Shown here: positions 1 to 11,143 of the stretch, one piece after another
Layout of the letters: every line of letters begins with the position of its first letter
Numbering within the stretch: the first letter of the stretch is position 1
From: Chrysomallon squamiferum
Lineage: Eukaryota > Animalia > Mollusca
NCBI GenBank assembly: GCA_012295275.1
Contig: CM022675.1
Coordinates: forward strand, 16,616,001 to 16,680,000
Length of the DNA stretch: 64,000 bases
Direction: 5' to 3'
Program-made: the position numbers and the translations under genes
Notes under the pieces: generated by a model
Told to the model about the DNA's origin: nothing
The model's input: only the letters and a program-made list of their open reading frames with translations
Database searches by the model: none

Positions 1-761
1 GACTTGTCACGGAGTGGGCTCATTAAAGAAGATAACCATGGTTACCCTCACCCCTTTGCAGGACCGCCACTGATATAATAAAGCAACAGTGAACCAGTAC
101 ACAAATTATTTTTATTATATTTTTAGCATTATTACCATTATTTTAGAAGCTGAACTGAGTGATGCCAAAGCTATCCCTGTAGCCACTTTGCGGCTTCTGT
201 TGAATAATATTTGGCCTGCAGAACATCATACCAAACAAATTAATAAAAAAATGTCAGCCAGTAAGCACTGCAGGTTAGCTTGGCGCCGCCCAGAGAGCCC
301 GGACCAGTAACACGCAGCTAGATGTCAGTCACACGTCCCGATAAACCAGCATGTCTTATTATAAGTGCAGTTTTTCTATTTTCTAAGTAAAAACCAAAAA
401 AATAAAATCTTTTCTGGAAAACTCATTTCCAGTAAAATGTTGATCTCCAGTTAATATAAAATGATTAGCTTTCTTTTTTCCATCCTGTATGATTGCTGAG
501 GGTGAAAACGCGGTAAATCGGTGTCTTTCTTGTTCATCTTTAATTTCAACTTTGTTAACTGACAATCTTTCTTAACTGACAATATAAATAACAACATTTT
601 TTTTTTTAAAAACGTTTAATATATTTGCTATTGATTTCATTTTTTGCTATGGCATTAATGGCACAAATTGAGACAAAATCCAATTCAAAGTAAAAAGTCG
701 CTGGACGTAGTAGTGGTAGTAGTAGCAATAATGTTGGTGATGGTTATTTTATATGTGTAGA

Positions 762-884
762 CAGTGGCGGACTGGGTCTAGAATGTCTACCGGGAGAACT
801 TGTAAAAAGGACCATTCAGAAGAGTCCACTTAATGCCAAACATGTTGAAAGGGCCCTCAGGAAATTTACCTGTTCTCCGCCCTT
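762..884. mobile_element. Short degraded hAT-like MITE remnant
   Basis: Begins CAGTGGCGGA and ends TCCGCCCTT (imperfect inverted termini); a similar terminus GACCGCCACTG lies at 62-72. No clear TSD. Confidence 0.35.
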
Positions 885-955
885 TCGTGCATGTATAAAG
901 TTAAAAGTAAAATAATTTCACAAAAAGCTCAGTTCAGCTTTTGTCTGTCCTCTAG

Positions 956-1059
956 CTCAGCGCAGTTCAGCACGTCGCCAACGTCGTGTCAACATCGACA
1001 GGAAGCCAAGACAAGCATATTCATCAATACAGCTAGAAAGACTGGAACGGGAATTTAAG
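956..1059 (+). CDS. Abox: Homeobox exon (N-terminal arm and helix 1)
   Basis: ttttgtctgtcctctag acceptor; [34 protein letters not shown]; AAG|gtagaa donor, phase 0. Confidence 0.88.
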
Positions 1060-1911
1060 GTAGAAATTATATTCAACAATCGTCCGTTTTAATCTGAAAA
1101 CTAACTATGTATGTCTAGCGTGATACAGCTATTTGTTTACGCTTAAACTTTGAATATTGAAACCATTTGTTATTTTCCTGCATAGTCAGTGCATCATAAT
1201 AGGCTCATTAAAGGCCATGCTATGTTTTTTCTGTCTGTTGGAAGGTTCACATAAAAGATATGTTGCTGCAAATCGAAAGAGTACACATTTTTCGGTAGCG
1301 GGTTTCTCCTCTAATTATCTGTTATGTTCATAACCATGATTATGAACGATATTATTAAAATTAAATTAAAATTTGTTGACAGCGTCGTTAATACAATATT
1401 TCTTCCTTTCTCGTCTTTCTGCTGTTAAGGAACGACAACTCTGGCTAAATTGCTTTGACGTGCGTTTGCGTTGTGAGCTTTGCAGCCAGAGTTATCTTTG
1501 ACACATTTTGTGTTTCATATTGTAAAAAGCACGTTTTGTGATTGATTCACATTTTAAACCCTATACTTTTTGTCACTTAAGTCGTGATCATGGTGAAAAA
1601 TAAATACAAAACAAACAAAGAATCTTTTATTTGAGCTTTCCCACAGGCAGGAAACTGTTCACAGTGACCTCTGACAAATCAGGCATGAGTTTCTGAGGTG
1701 AACTGATCCTGTTTTCTATGAATCCTCGGACCTTTGCTCTAACCAAAAAAGACTAAAACTAGCTGACATTTTTGTTTAAAAATGAATTCCCTTGTAACGA
1801 ACATACGTCAAAAATTGCACTAATTATTAAAAAGAAACATTCTCGATAAATGAATACTAATAAATTATATATATGTCTATTTTAGTTATGTTTTACATAA
1901 AGTATAAATAG

Positions 1912-1962
<51 letters not shown>

Positions 1963-2178
1963 TTAATTGCTTGGTGTACGTCAATGGCTGCAGGCTGATC
2001 GGTATCTGAGTGTTAACAAACGTGTGGAACTCTCGAAAGCGCTGGGTCTGACAGAAACTCAGATTAAAACCTGGTTTCAAAACAGAAGGTATACACGTCC
2101 ATCTATATTCTAAATTTAACATATTATTATTATTATTATTATTATTTTAAATTTTAAACTTTAAAAAAATGTTTAATT

Positions 2179-2274
<96 letters not shown>

Positions 2275-3029
2275 CCTCCTCGTCCTCCTCCTCCTGTCCC
2301 TCTCCTCTCTGCTTCTCTCTACTATATACTGGTACCTTAAATTCATGTCACTTCATCTTTTTCATAACGAAGCCTTTAATATTTTAATATTTATAATAAA
2401 ATGAAAATGTAATTAATCAGGATCAGTACGTCTGCGTTATTGCATACCACTGTACCGAATACCCACCAGCTCGAATTACTTGTATTTTGTGAACAGAAAA
2501 AACTTTGTCCTTGAAAACAAGTCACCCGGTCATCCGTACAGCAAACATTAAGTTAGTGTAGCTGTAGATTTAGACTGTCGCTAACTCTGTGGCCATTTTT
2601 TTTTTTTTTTTTTTTTATCACGTTTTATTAATTTATGTCATCTTGCTGAACTGTTTTATCTGGTATTTCTTTTATAACAGAATGGTTATATTTTAAACTT
2701 AATGTAAATATTTTGTATATTTTGTTACTGTTGTTGTTGTTTTTGTATTATTAATTTATTTAGTTATAACTGATAGCTACTTATGCATGTATATATATAT
2801 ACCTGTTTTGCATTCATGGTATTTCTTGTCTGTTATATTTATTTCAAATTTGTTTAAACTTATTTTTATTTGTGTGTATTATTTATTTAGAACTAAGTGG
2901 AAGAAGCAAGTGACAGCACAAATGAAAAGAGATGGTTTCTTCTCAGCCTCGATTTGGAATTCTCTGACGTCTCTTCCTCCCGGCTGCCACCATCTGCATG
3001 CAAACCCATTTTATTATCCATTTGAATGA
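956..3029 (+). CDS. Abox: Homeobox gene, Abox/ceh-19-like (ANTP class, NKL-related), 5'-partial; join(956..1059,1994..2088,2891..3029)
   Basis: Three GT-AG exons splice in frame to [21 protein letters not shown]|[31 protein letters not shown]|RTKWKKQ...YPFE*. The RKPRQAYS...YLSVNKR...[14 protein letters not shown] signature matches my recollection of C. elegans CEH-19 / Drosophila CG34031. Start codon not located. Confidence 0.85.
1215..1410 (-). mobile_element. Degraded copy of a dispersed SINE-like repeat family
   Basis: Reverse complement reads actctttcgatttgcagcaacatatcttttatgtgaaccttccaacagacag; the same core recurs at ~39500, ~41220 and ~43820. Confidence 0.5.
1994..2088 (+). CDS. Abox: Homeobox exon (helix 2-3)
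   Basis: ctgcag acceptor; [31 protein letters not shown](R); AG|gtatac donor, phase 2. Confidence 0.92.
2183..2270. repeat. (CT)n microsatellite
   Basis: Perfect CT dinucleotide run. Confidence 0.95.
2891..3029 (+). CDS. Abox: Homeobox terminal exon
   Basis: tttatttag acceptor; (R)[17 protein letters not shown]...YPFE*; AATAAA signals follow at ~3074-3125. Confidence 0.88.
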
Positions 3030-4280
3030 AATATTTCTACAGGATGCCATCAACAGTATGTTGTAACAGCAAAAATAAAATAAATAACGAATAACGAAAT
3101 CATTATTAATAAATAATGTAATAAAGTTTTGATAAAATACTGTTTGATTAGACTTTGTCGCTTGCACTAAGTTAATGTCAGACAACTTAAGAACGGATAC
3201 ACTTGAGATTAAGCAAATTCAATATATTCAAACAGAAATAACCGGGGACATTTATTAATTTCTTAAAGAAGCAAGGAAGTAATAATAGGAAGCCATATAT
3301 AATGTTTAATCAAGCATTATAATTTTGTAAAAGAAAAAAGTAAATTGTTATACAAAAGTATATCTGTTTTTTATAGTAGTGTGTATATTCATCTATTAAT
3401 CTCTCCATAACTATCTATCTATAAACACGTGCGTTTGTGTATGTGTGTGTGTGTGTCCATATATATATATATTTACTACGCACATTTACTATAGAAAGGT
3501 ATATATATTGGTTTAAAGTTTAGAAAGCAAGAGAAATGAAAAACGGACTATATTTAATTATGTATGCAGTGCATTTCTCTAATGCGGTTTTAGATTTCTT
3601 TTCTTCTTTTTTAAAGACTATTGCAGGCAAAAGAATGTTATAAAAAATAATTATATTAATAAATTCATGTCTGAAATTTCATCTGCATTGTTGTAAATAT
3701 ACATTGCTTTCTTTTGTGTGCGGTCTGAAATAATATCGTATCCTATTGTGTTTAATTTCATAATAATGCATATATTATTTTACTTTGTTCTACGTTTATC
3801 TCATGCAAATGTAAGGATATTCAAAATATGAACTAGTTAAATGACCTAATCTTTAGCTTATATCACTGTCCGCTATGTTTATATAAATATTAAAAAGTTG
3901 ATACGTTTTGGAAAATAGAGAAATGAAAGTCTGTGTTTATCAACTAAAAATGCGCATGCACAGACCTACATTAGAAACAAAATATTTATCTGTATATTTA
4001 AAACTTGTATCTAACTTAATATTAATAAAATTGTATGAAAAATTATTGAATATTGTTAATAAATATTAAGAATTATTTATTTATTCAAATATCCACGGAC
4101 GAATCTCGTAATTATCATCATCATCATCACCACCATCATCATCAACATCAGTATCATTATTATTATTATTATTTGGTGTTGTTGTTTTTGTTGTCGACTT
4201 ATTTATTTATTTATTTATTGGTCTTGGAGTCGAGATTCAAAGCATCTGGAAAGTTTTATATTCATCTCATATCTAAAATA

Positions 4281-5165
4281 ATTGAATCAGTGGTGCTACT
4301 TTGGCGTGTGATCTACACCGAGCAAATTATACTTTGATGTGTGATCTACACGATCTATTGATCTACACCGAGCAAATTATACTTTGATGTGTGATCTACA
4401 CGATCTATTGATCTACACCGAGCAAATTTTACTTTGGCGTGTGATCTACGCGCTTATTTTAATATTTTAGTTTCTTTATTCTTTGTTTTTTATAATATTT
4501 TTCACGGCATAAATGAAGGAAATTTTCCTTTTATTTTATTTTTATAATTTATAAGAACCAGGGCTAAAAAGTATACAAATTTGAAGTTTGGCTGCCACTA
4601 GTTTTATGGATATTTGGCAGGATTTCGCTGTTTTCCCTTTCTTCGAGCTTTCTTCATTTTTCCATCACGATGATGAAGTGATGCAACATTTTCTTCATCA
4701 TGTACAAGGCCGTTTCTTCGTAATAATGCAACTGCCTTCGTTTGGTCACTGATCACGTTTAAAAGTCTTTAGCGAACCAAGGATTCTTTAGAAATTGAAA
4801 AGTAAATGAACAAGTAAAATCAGAGTGGAATTCAAATGAATTACCAAATCGTAAATCTATCCAGAAATGCAGTTTGGCTGGATGCGATGTTCTTATATAT
4901 GTATCATGCATTAATCTTAAAGGATTTTCAAATCTTTCTATCGATCCAAGCTAGGTCAAATCTATTGTATTACTTTACCTGCCTGCTGTAAACTGACATT
5001 TCCTGTTAAAGGGATATAATTATCCTTTCTCGTCACGCTCAGCTTATAGAAATTTCCTATTTTCTTTTCTTTTTTTTTGCTGTTGATGGCCCTTTGAGTT
5101 GTAGATCACACACCAAACTAGTTTCATGAGGCGTAGATCACCCGCCAACGTTTCACTGAATCAAT
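4281..5165. mobile_element. Non-autonomous DNA transposon (MITE-like) with inverted termini and internal 50-bp tandem repeat
   Basis: Left ATTGAATCAGTG...TTGGCGTGTGATCTAC is mirrored by right GTAGATCACCCGCCAAC...CACTGAATCAAT; a 50-bp unit is repeated ~2.8x at 4310-4449. Confidence 0.6.
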
Positions 5166-5808
5166 CGCTAAATATTTAACTTTAAAATTTAAAGAAATGT
5201 TAACAATATTCAGTTTATTATTATTTTTAACATTCTTTTATATTTTTATTATTTATCTTTACAACATATTTCTGTGCAGTAAAGAAATAAATTTTAAAAG
5301 TAATAAGAAAATAAGAAAATTAAAATATGTCGCAAAAAAGCAATATCATATTTATTCAAAAAGGATTTTTGTTTTCTGTTAATCTAACCTAATCCAGTTT
5401 AATCTAATCTAAAATAGATTAATATGTAGCACATCTAACGTAATATGTATGTATGTACATGTGTGTGTGTATATGCATATGTTATGTTAAAAGTAAATAA
5501 AGCATTATATAATTCATGAAAAAAAAAAAAAAAATCTTTTTCGTTTTTTTTTTTTGTTGTTGTTGCCCCATTTAAAAAAGAGTATACACTGTTAAGAGAG
5601 TACAAGTGAAGCACAGTGAGTACTGTGTAACTGAATACCCCTGCTCGGTCTAGCGTGACTCTCCCCCAGACTCGGCTACCTCCAGGGTGGCTAATAATCG
5701 CCTGACAGTAACCGGACGTGCAGTCGGATATTGTGTTTCACATAAATCATACTTCCAGTCTCGTCACTGACGTCATCAGAGGTCTAAACATCTAAAAGTT
5801 TATCCGCG

Positions 5809-5844
<36 letters not shown>

Positions 5845-6033
5845 ATTATAATTATAATTATAATTATTATTATTATTATTGTTATTATTATTTGTTTCAT
5901 TGTTATTACTGTTGTTGTTTCCTTGTAATCATCATTATCATCATCGTTAATTGTTATAATTATTGACTATTATTATGATCATCAATTTTGATATTTATTT
6001 ATTTAAAGAATTATATATAAATTGATAAAACTG

Positions 6034-6067
<34 letters not shown>

Positions 6068-6440
6068 TAAAATTGATCAGTTACATATATGTCGTGACTA
6101 TATATATTAGTCCGTTTTCATACAGTTATCTTTTATTTGCTTATCGTAATTGTTATTTACGCACCTAGGTGGCGCTGCGGAGGCGGTGTCACAGGGTATA
6201 ATGATTGCAAGTTCAGTATACAATACTGGCAGTAACCCAAAATGTGCAGTCACTTGTGTCTTTGAAAAAAACTTATTACATATACCACAAAACATGCTTC
6301 TGTTTGCTTAAATGAAAAATAACAATTAAATCAGATTTTATTAAATTACCTCACAATTTTAAATAATAAAGTATACTGTCTAAAATAGTTGTTTGAGAAG
6401 GATTTTTTTCTTTTTGTTTTTCAACTAGAAATTACTCTAA

Positions 6441-6464
6441 TACTACTACTACTACTACTACTAA

Positions 6465-6518
<54 letters not shown>

Positions 6519-6598
6519 GAGTAGGAGTAGGAGTAGGAGTAGCAGTAGAAGAAGAAGAAGAAGAAGAAGAAGAAGAAGAAGAAGAAGAAGAAGAAGAA
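6441..6598. repeat. Compound trinucleotide microsatellite (CTA)n(GTA)n(GAA)n
   Basis: Visible directly. Confidence 0.95.
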
Positions 6599-6673
6599 AC
6601 AAATTCTTTAACTTTATTGTTCTATACGAATGACGTATATAAAACTAGGTAAAGGATTTTATTAATGAAATAT

Positions 6674-6813
6674 GTATCCGGAATGCCTGGGACCGGAAGT
6701 GTTTCGTATTTTGGAATATAAGGATATAACCTCAGAACAGGATTTAAGTTTAAATACAGACTGAATTTACATTTCATATACAGCTTATATAAATAGTCTG
6801 CAGTATTTTATTT

Positions 6814-6875
<62 letters not shown>

Positions 6876-7001
6876 TGTATTAATTTTGTTCATTATATTA
6901 AAGTTTGTGTATGAAAAACCATCCGAAAATTGTAACATATCACCAGTTCAGCTGCTCGCAAAAAAGTAATTTTTGAAATTTCGGATAGTGATTCATACGT
7001 A
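6674..7001. mobile_element. Tigger4/MER46-like (pogo/TcMar) MITE interrupted by (ATT)n
   Basis: ATCCGGAATGCCTGGGACCGGAAGTGTTTCG...TTTCATATACAGCTTATATAAATAGTCTG...AAAGTTTGTGTATGAAAAACCATCCGAAA...TTTCGGAT is colinear with my recollection of the Tigger4/MER46 ends; internally inverted ATCCG/CGGAT termini. Confidence 0.55.
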
Positions 7002-7195
7002 TTGAATTTTTACTGTATATTTTTTTACAAGTAACTAATGATGTGTGCGGCATCAACAATAAACTTATTGTTACAATTAACGATTATTAACGATTAAAGC
7101 ATAAAAATAATGTTAAATAAACTATAACTTAGTTTATATAGCTTGAACTTGGAAGTAAAAATTCAGGAATTACCAGAGGCTATAATTTTATATTT

Positions 7196-7234
<39 letters not shown>

Positions 7235-7605
7235 TATTCTATTTATTTTTTTTTTTTTTTTAAATTTAATTATTATCCATGTTTATCTGCTCTTATCCGT
7301 GGTTGTTGTTTCTGTGTCTGTTTAATACAATTGCAGTTACAATTACACACACACACGCACACACACTGACAATATTACAACATAAACCCTTACACATCTA
7401 TAGACAAGCCAAAATATTTTCAACCTGAGTCAGTAAACTAAAAAACTCTTGAAACGTTTCTGAAGGCGTGTCCTCAGCACGTCATGTCTTCTACGTCAGC
7501 AACTTCATAGTTCAAAGGTCGGCACTAACTATAGTAACTTCATTAATTACAGTCTCATACTCTCTTCCTTTGTAAAACTGTGTTTTACCTCTCTTTCTCT
7601 GTATG

Positions 7606-7677
<72 letters not shown>

Positions 7678-8924
7678 CATACGTACGTACACATAATACA
7701 CACATTATCTATCTGTCTGTCTATGTATCTGTATTATTGTGTATCTATCTGTTTGCTTGCTACCTATCTATAACGTGCGTGCATATATATATATATATAT
7801 ACATATGATATATGTTTGTGCGTGTATCTATGTGTGTTTGCGTGTATACGTACATGTGTGCGTGTATATGTGTGTGTGCGTGTATGTATGTGTGCATGTA
7901 TGCGTGTGTGTGAGAGAGAGAGAGAGAGAGATAATAAGACGAGACATCTTACGTATGGTAAAGGATGTATGACGTCAGTAAACAGGTGCAAACCAGATAA
8001 AATACCTGAATAAAACAATTAAGTGAAATACAGTCTTGTGAAGGTAGATGTAATAGATATTATACTTACTGCTAACTGATACCAGATCTCCGCAAGATGC
8101 TTTAATGAAACATTTAAAAATGTCATTTAAATACCTAGATGTAAGCACAAACAAAATGCCGAACTCAATTTGTGAATCATGAGATTTATGATAAATAAAA
8201 TAAAATGATGCAATTTCGAGATATCCGTTTCGAATAAAACTAATGCTTATTGTCTCTCTTAAGTATTAATTATCTCTGTCTGTCTCTGTATAGCTCTGTC
8301 TCTTTAAGTGTATGTCTCTCTACGTAAGTACAAGGGTCAGAATTTAACCCAAGATTAGTGAATCGCAGAGACATTCATTTTTTTTTTTTTATAATCAAAC
8401 CTCCCGAGTGCAAAAATGTTAAGGCCAACAATTAAACGTATTGTAAAGTGATAATACATTTTCATACAGCTGACTTGTCAGTAAACAAGTAATTTATGGA
8501 TAATAAACGGACATGACTATTTAACCAAATTAATGTGGATATTTAACAAATATGACTATAAAGAAAATATATTTATTTAACAAATGTGGCTGTATAGTAT
8601 TTTATTTTCAGAGCTTGAAATATTATTTCTGAATATGATGCCATACATGATAGCCATGCATTATTATTAAAAATATTGAAATGTTTAAACTTGACATCAA
8701 ATACAGACACTAAATATAATTACGTACACAAATCTATGTTTGCAATAGCATGATGGGTAATATTTAGTATCGGTTCTGTCCTTGTTAAACTGAAATAATA
8801 AACGGATGGATGCATGGATTGATGGATGGATTAATTAATTAATGATATAAATTGTTAAATATTCTGATTTTGTATAGCGCTGCACTTTTAGCGAATAGCA
8901 TCCTGAGATGCTGTTATAAATACT

Positions 8925-9070
8925 ATTTCCTTAAAGAGAAGCAAACCTCAGGCTTGGATAAATTTGTCGTGGACACTGGTTGGAACGGTAAAAAGCCCGG
9001 TGAAAAGCGTGGGATTGATCCCGCGGCTTGTCATCACTGAGGATATAATACTGCGTGTCCTACACTATAA
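8925..9070 (+). mobile_element. SINE-like repeat fragment
   Basis: gtcgtggacactggttggaacgg...ggattgatcc is shared with 55860-55940 (gtcatgggacactggctggaacgg...ggattgatgc). Confidence 0.5.
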
Positions 9071-9454
9071 TCAGGTTATTTTCAGTTCCAACAAGGTCTG
9101 CTGAATCAAAGACTATGGCATGAACTTTGCTATCGATTGGCTATTTTATTTAAATTTTGAAAGATATCTCCGTGACAATCCTATGACTTTCCTACCTAGC
9201 AAACAATAGCTTATTATCATATCACTATGTAGGGTTATCAATCCGCCAAGTGAACACTTTTTCAAGGAATAAAAACATAAAAATAATAATAAAAATAAAA
9301 ATAAAAATAAAAATAAATAAATAAATAAATAAATAAAATAAAATAAAATAGAATAAAACAAAATAATACATTTTACGTAACAGTAATTATTTGTTTCATC
9401 ATAATCATATAACACTTGTTTACATTATATAACACTGGAGTTGACAGTGACTCT

Positions 9455-9495
9455 TTAGCCAATGAAATGAAAGGGTCATAGGTCATAGGTAGACC
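9455..9495 (+). promoter_or_regulatory. Putative promoter of the upstream (Nrf2-type) first exon: CCAAT box and nuclear-receptor DR1
   Basis: CCAAT at 9459-9463; GGGTCA-T-AGGTCA-T-AGGTAG at 9473-9492, ~80-110 bp upstream of ATG 9567. Confidence 0.45.
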
Positions 9496-9566
9496 TAGTT
9501 TAGTAGCAATCTGGAGAAGTGGAAGGCTGGGACACTGACAGCGAGCGAGGTTTGAATCAAATCAAA

Positions 9567-9620
9567 ATGATGAAAACACAACATATGGTGCCTGATGGCG
9601 GTGGAAATGGATTGTCACAG
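9567..9620 (+). CDS. NFE2L2: Candidate alternative first coding exon of the CNC gene (Nrf2-type N-terminus)
   Basis: aaaATG ATG...TCA CAG|gtatgt; 18 codons MMKTQHMVPDGGGNGLSQ, phase 0, in frame with the DLG exon at 11208; parallels vertebrate NRF2 exon 1 (MMDLELPPPGLPSQQ|[16 protein letters not shown]). Confidence 0.7.
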
Positions 9621-9929
9621 GTATGTCATTAATACTGATGGTAGTCTATATATATTTCGTGCTGAAATGATTAATGGTTATGGCATATTTTTACTCTAAA
9701 GTTAAATAGTTTCCTCAGAAATGGTGGTTTATGTAACGGGATCAGCTGGATAGCGGTGTGGTCGTAGGCTTATGTCATATTACAGTATTGTTACGGAAAT
9801 AATTTTTGTGTCGATAGAATGAGACACTTCAGTTTTAATCATAAGGTATGTAACTATTATTTTTAATGCTTGTTATTCAATATAATTCGCTTTCAAAATC
9901 TTGAAGTGAACCTAAATGATCTTGGGATC

Positions 9930-10065
9930 TGCCCCGGAAATAGGTCATCGCCCATGCTCATTGTCAAAATTCTAACTACGTCACTTCGGCGCATGCGTAC
10001 TGCGTTTTTATTGTCACTAATCTGCTGATTCACTTTCCTGGATCGTGTGCAAGCGGAAACGTGCA
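9930..10065 (+). promoter_or_regulatory. Putative housekeeping-type promoter upstream of the ER-isoform exon
   Basis: Local CpG-rich patch with ETS-like CCGGAAAT (9934), CRE half-site TACGTCA (9977) and nuclear-respiratory-factor-1/Ewg-like GCGCATGCGT (9989-9998). Confidence 0.45.
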
Positions 10066-10337
10066 ATTTCGACAACTTATTTTATTATTTCGTTTTAATA
10101 TGAATTCTTGAAATCCATATAGTATTTCTTGAAAATGTTTTCGAATCTGTGATTTGAGTGTGATTATTTTTCTAAGTATGCAAGGGTACAGAACATTGAC
10201 TATGTGACATTTGTCTGAACGATCTTTAGTTCTATTTTTAGACATGAACAACTCCATTAAACAACTGTAACAGCGTAAGCGTGTAAACAGTATATAAACA
10301 AAGAGAATTTGTTTGTGATCTGTGTAAAGCCATTAAA

Positions 10338-10901
10338 ATGATTATAAAACAGTATTTTACCGATGGATTAGTTCAGATAGCAATTATTTTAAGTTTACTC
10401 AGGACTGATCTTAATAACTATCTTCATAGTAATTTAATTAATTATCCTGAAGTTCAAGATGTCATTTTGGGTCAGAGTATAGCATACTCACCAGCCAATT
10501 TTCACAATCATTTTAACATACTAAACAGCCTTAGTGTACATCCAAAAAGTGTAGATCATGAATACTTTTCCTCGATATTTCAAGAAGTAAGAAGTCTTCC
10601 AAGGTTTCAGCGTTTTTATGGACTAAATACAAATATCAATGCATTTTTGGTTGAAACAAACCACGGATTACCATTATCGAATATTATTTCGAGTTCATCA
10701 CTGAGCAGTCAAAATACTAATGAGGAAGAAAATGACAGTTCAACAACTGATGATGTGCCTGCTGTGGAAGCACAGGATGATTCGAATGCAAATGATAATG
10801 CTGAGGAAAATAGCAGTGATCAGCTTTTAAGCAATGACACTGATGTTAATGGTGCTGTTTCTCTTTCATCAGACTTGTTAGGAAGTAATCTTACATCTGA
10901 G
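10338..10901 (+). CDS. NFE2L1: CNC exon 1a: NHB1 membrane anchor, NHB2 and acidic spacer
   Basis: Similar to NFE2L1 N-terminus MLSLKKYLTEGLLQFTILLSL; GAG|gtatga donor, phase 0. Confidence 0.9.
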
Positions 10902-11100
10902 GTATGAAAAAAAAAAAAATCATTCGTGAAATAATCCAACCCCCTGAAGAACCCCCAAAACATAATATGCTGTTATTTAGTATTCAGTCACAATTATTTG
11001 TAGGAACCACTGAGGTTCAATTTGTACATGTATACAAACCAATACTCATAATTGTGCTTTAAAATGTCATCTCATCTAATTTTGATATATTTGCAGCTGT

Positions 11101-11143
<43 letters not shown>

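Noticed and set aside
1-72. Possible upstream homeobox exon (DLSRSGLIKEDNH+G, phase-compatible, gt at 41)
   Set aside because: Weak donor (gttacc), and the segment ends in a MITE-like terminus GACCGCCACTG
4310-4449. Repeat-spacer-like appearance suggestive of CRISPR
   Set aside because: Units are identical tandem copies without unique spacers, there are no cas genes, and the context is eukaryotic; the same holds for the arrays at 27376, 32075 and 47005
2169-8018. ORF-track entries with poly-LS, poly-H/Y, poly-V/E and YI/CV runs
   Set aside because: Translations of microsatellites; the same applies to similar ORFs at 34850, 45293-46472, 51703, 59823 and 61910-62387
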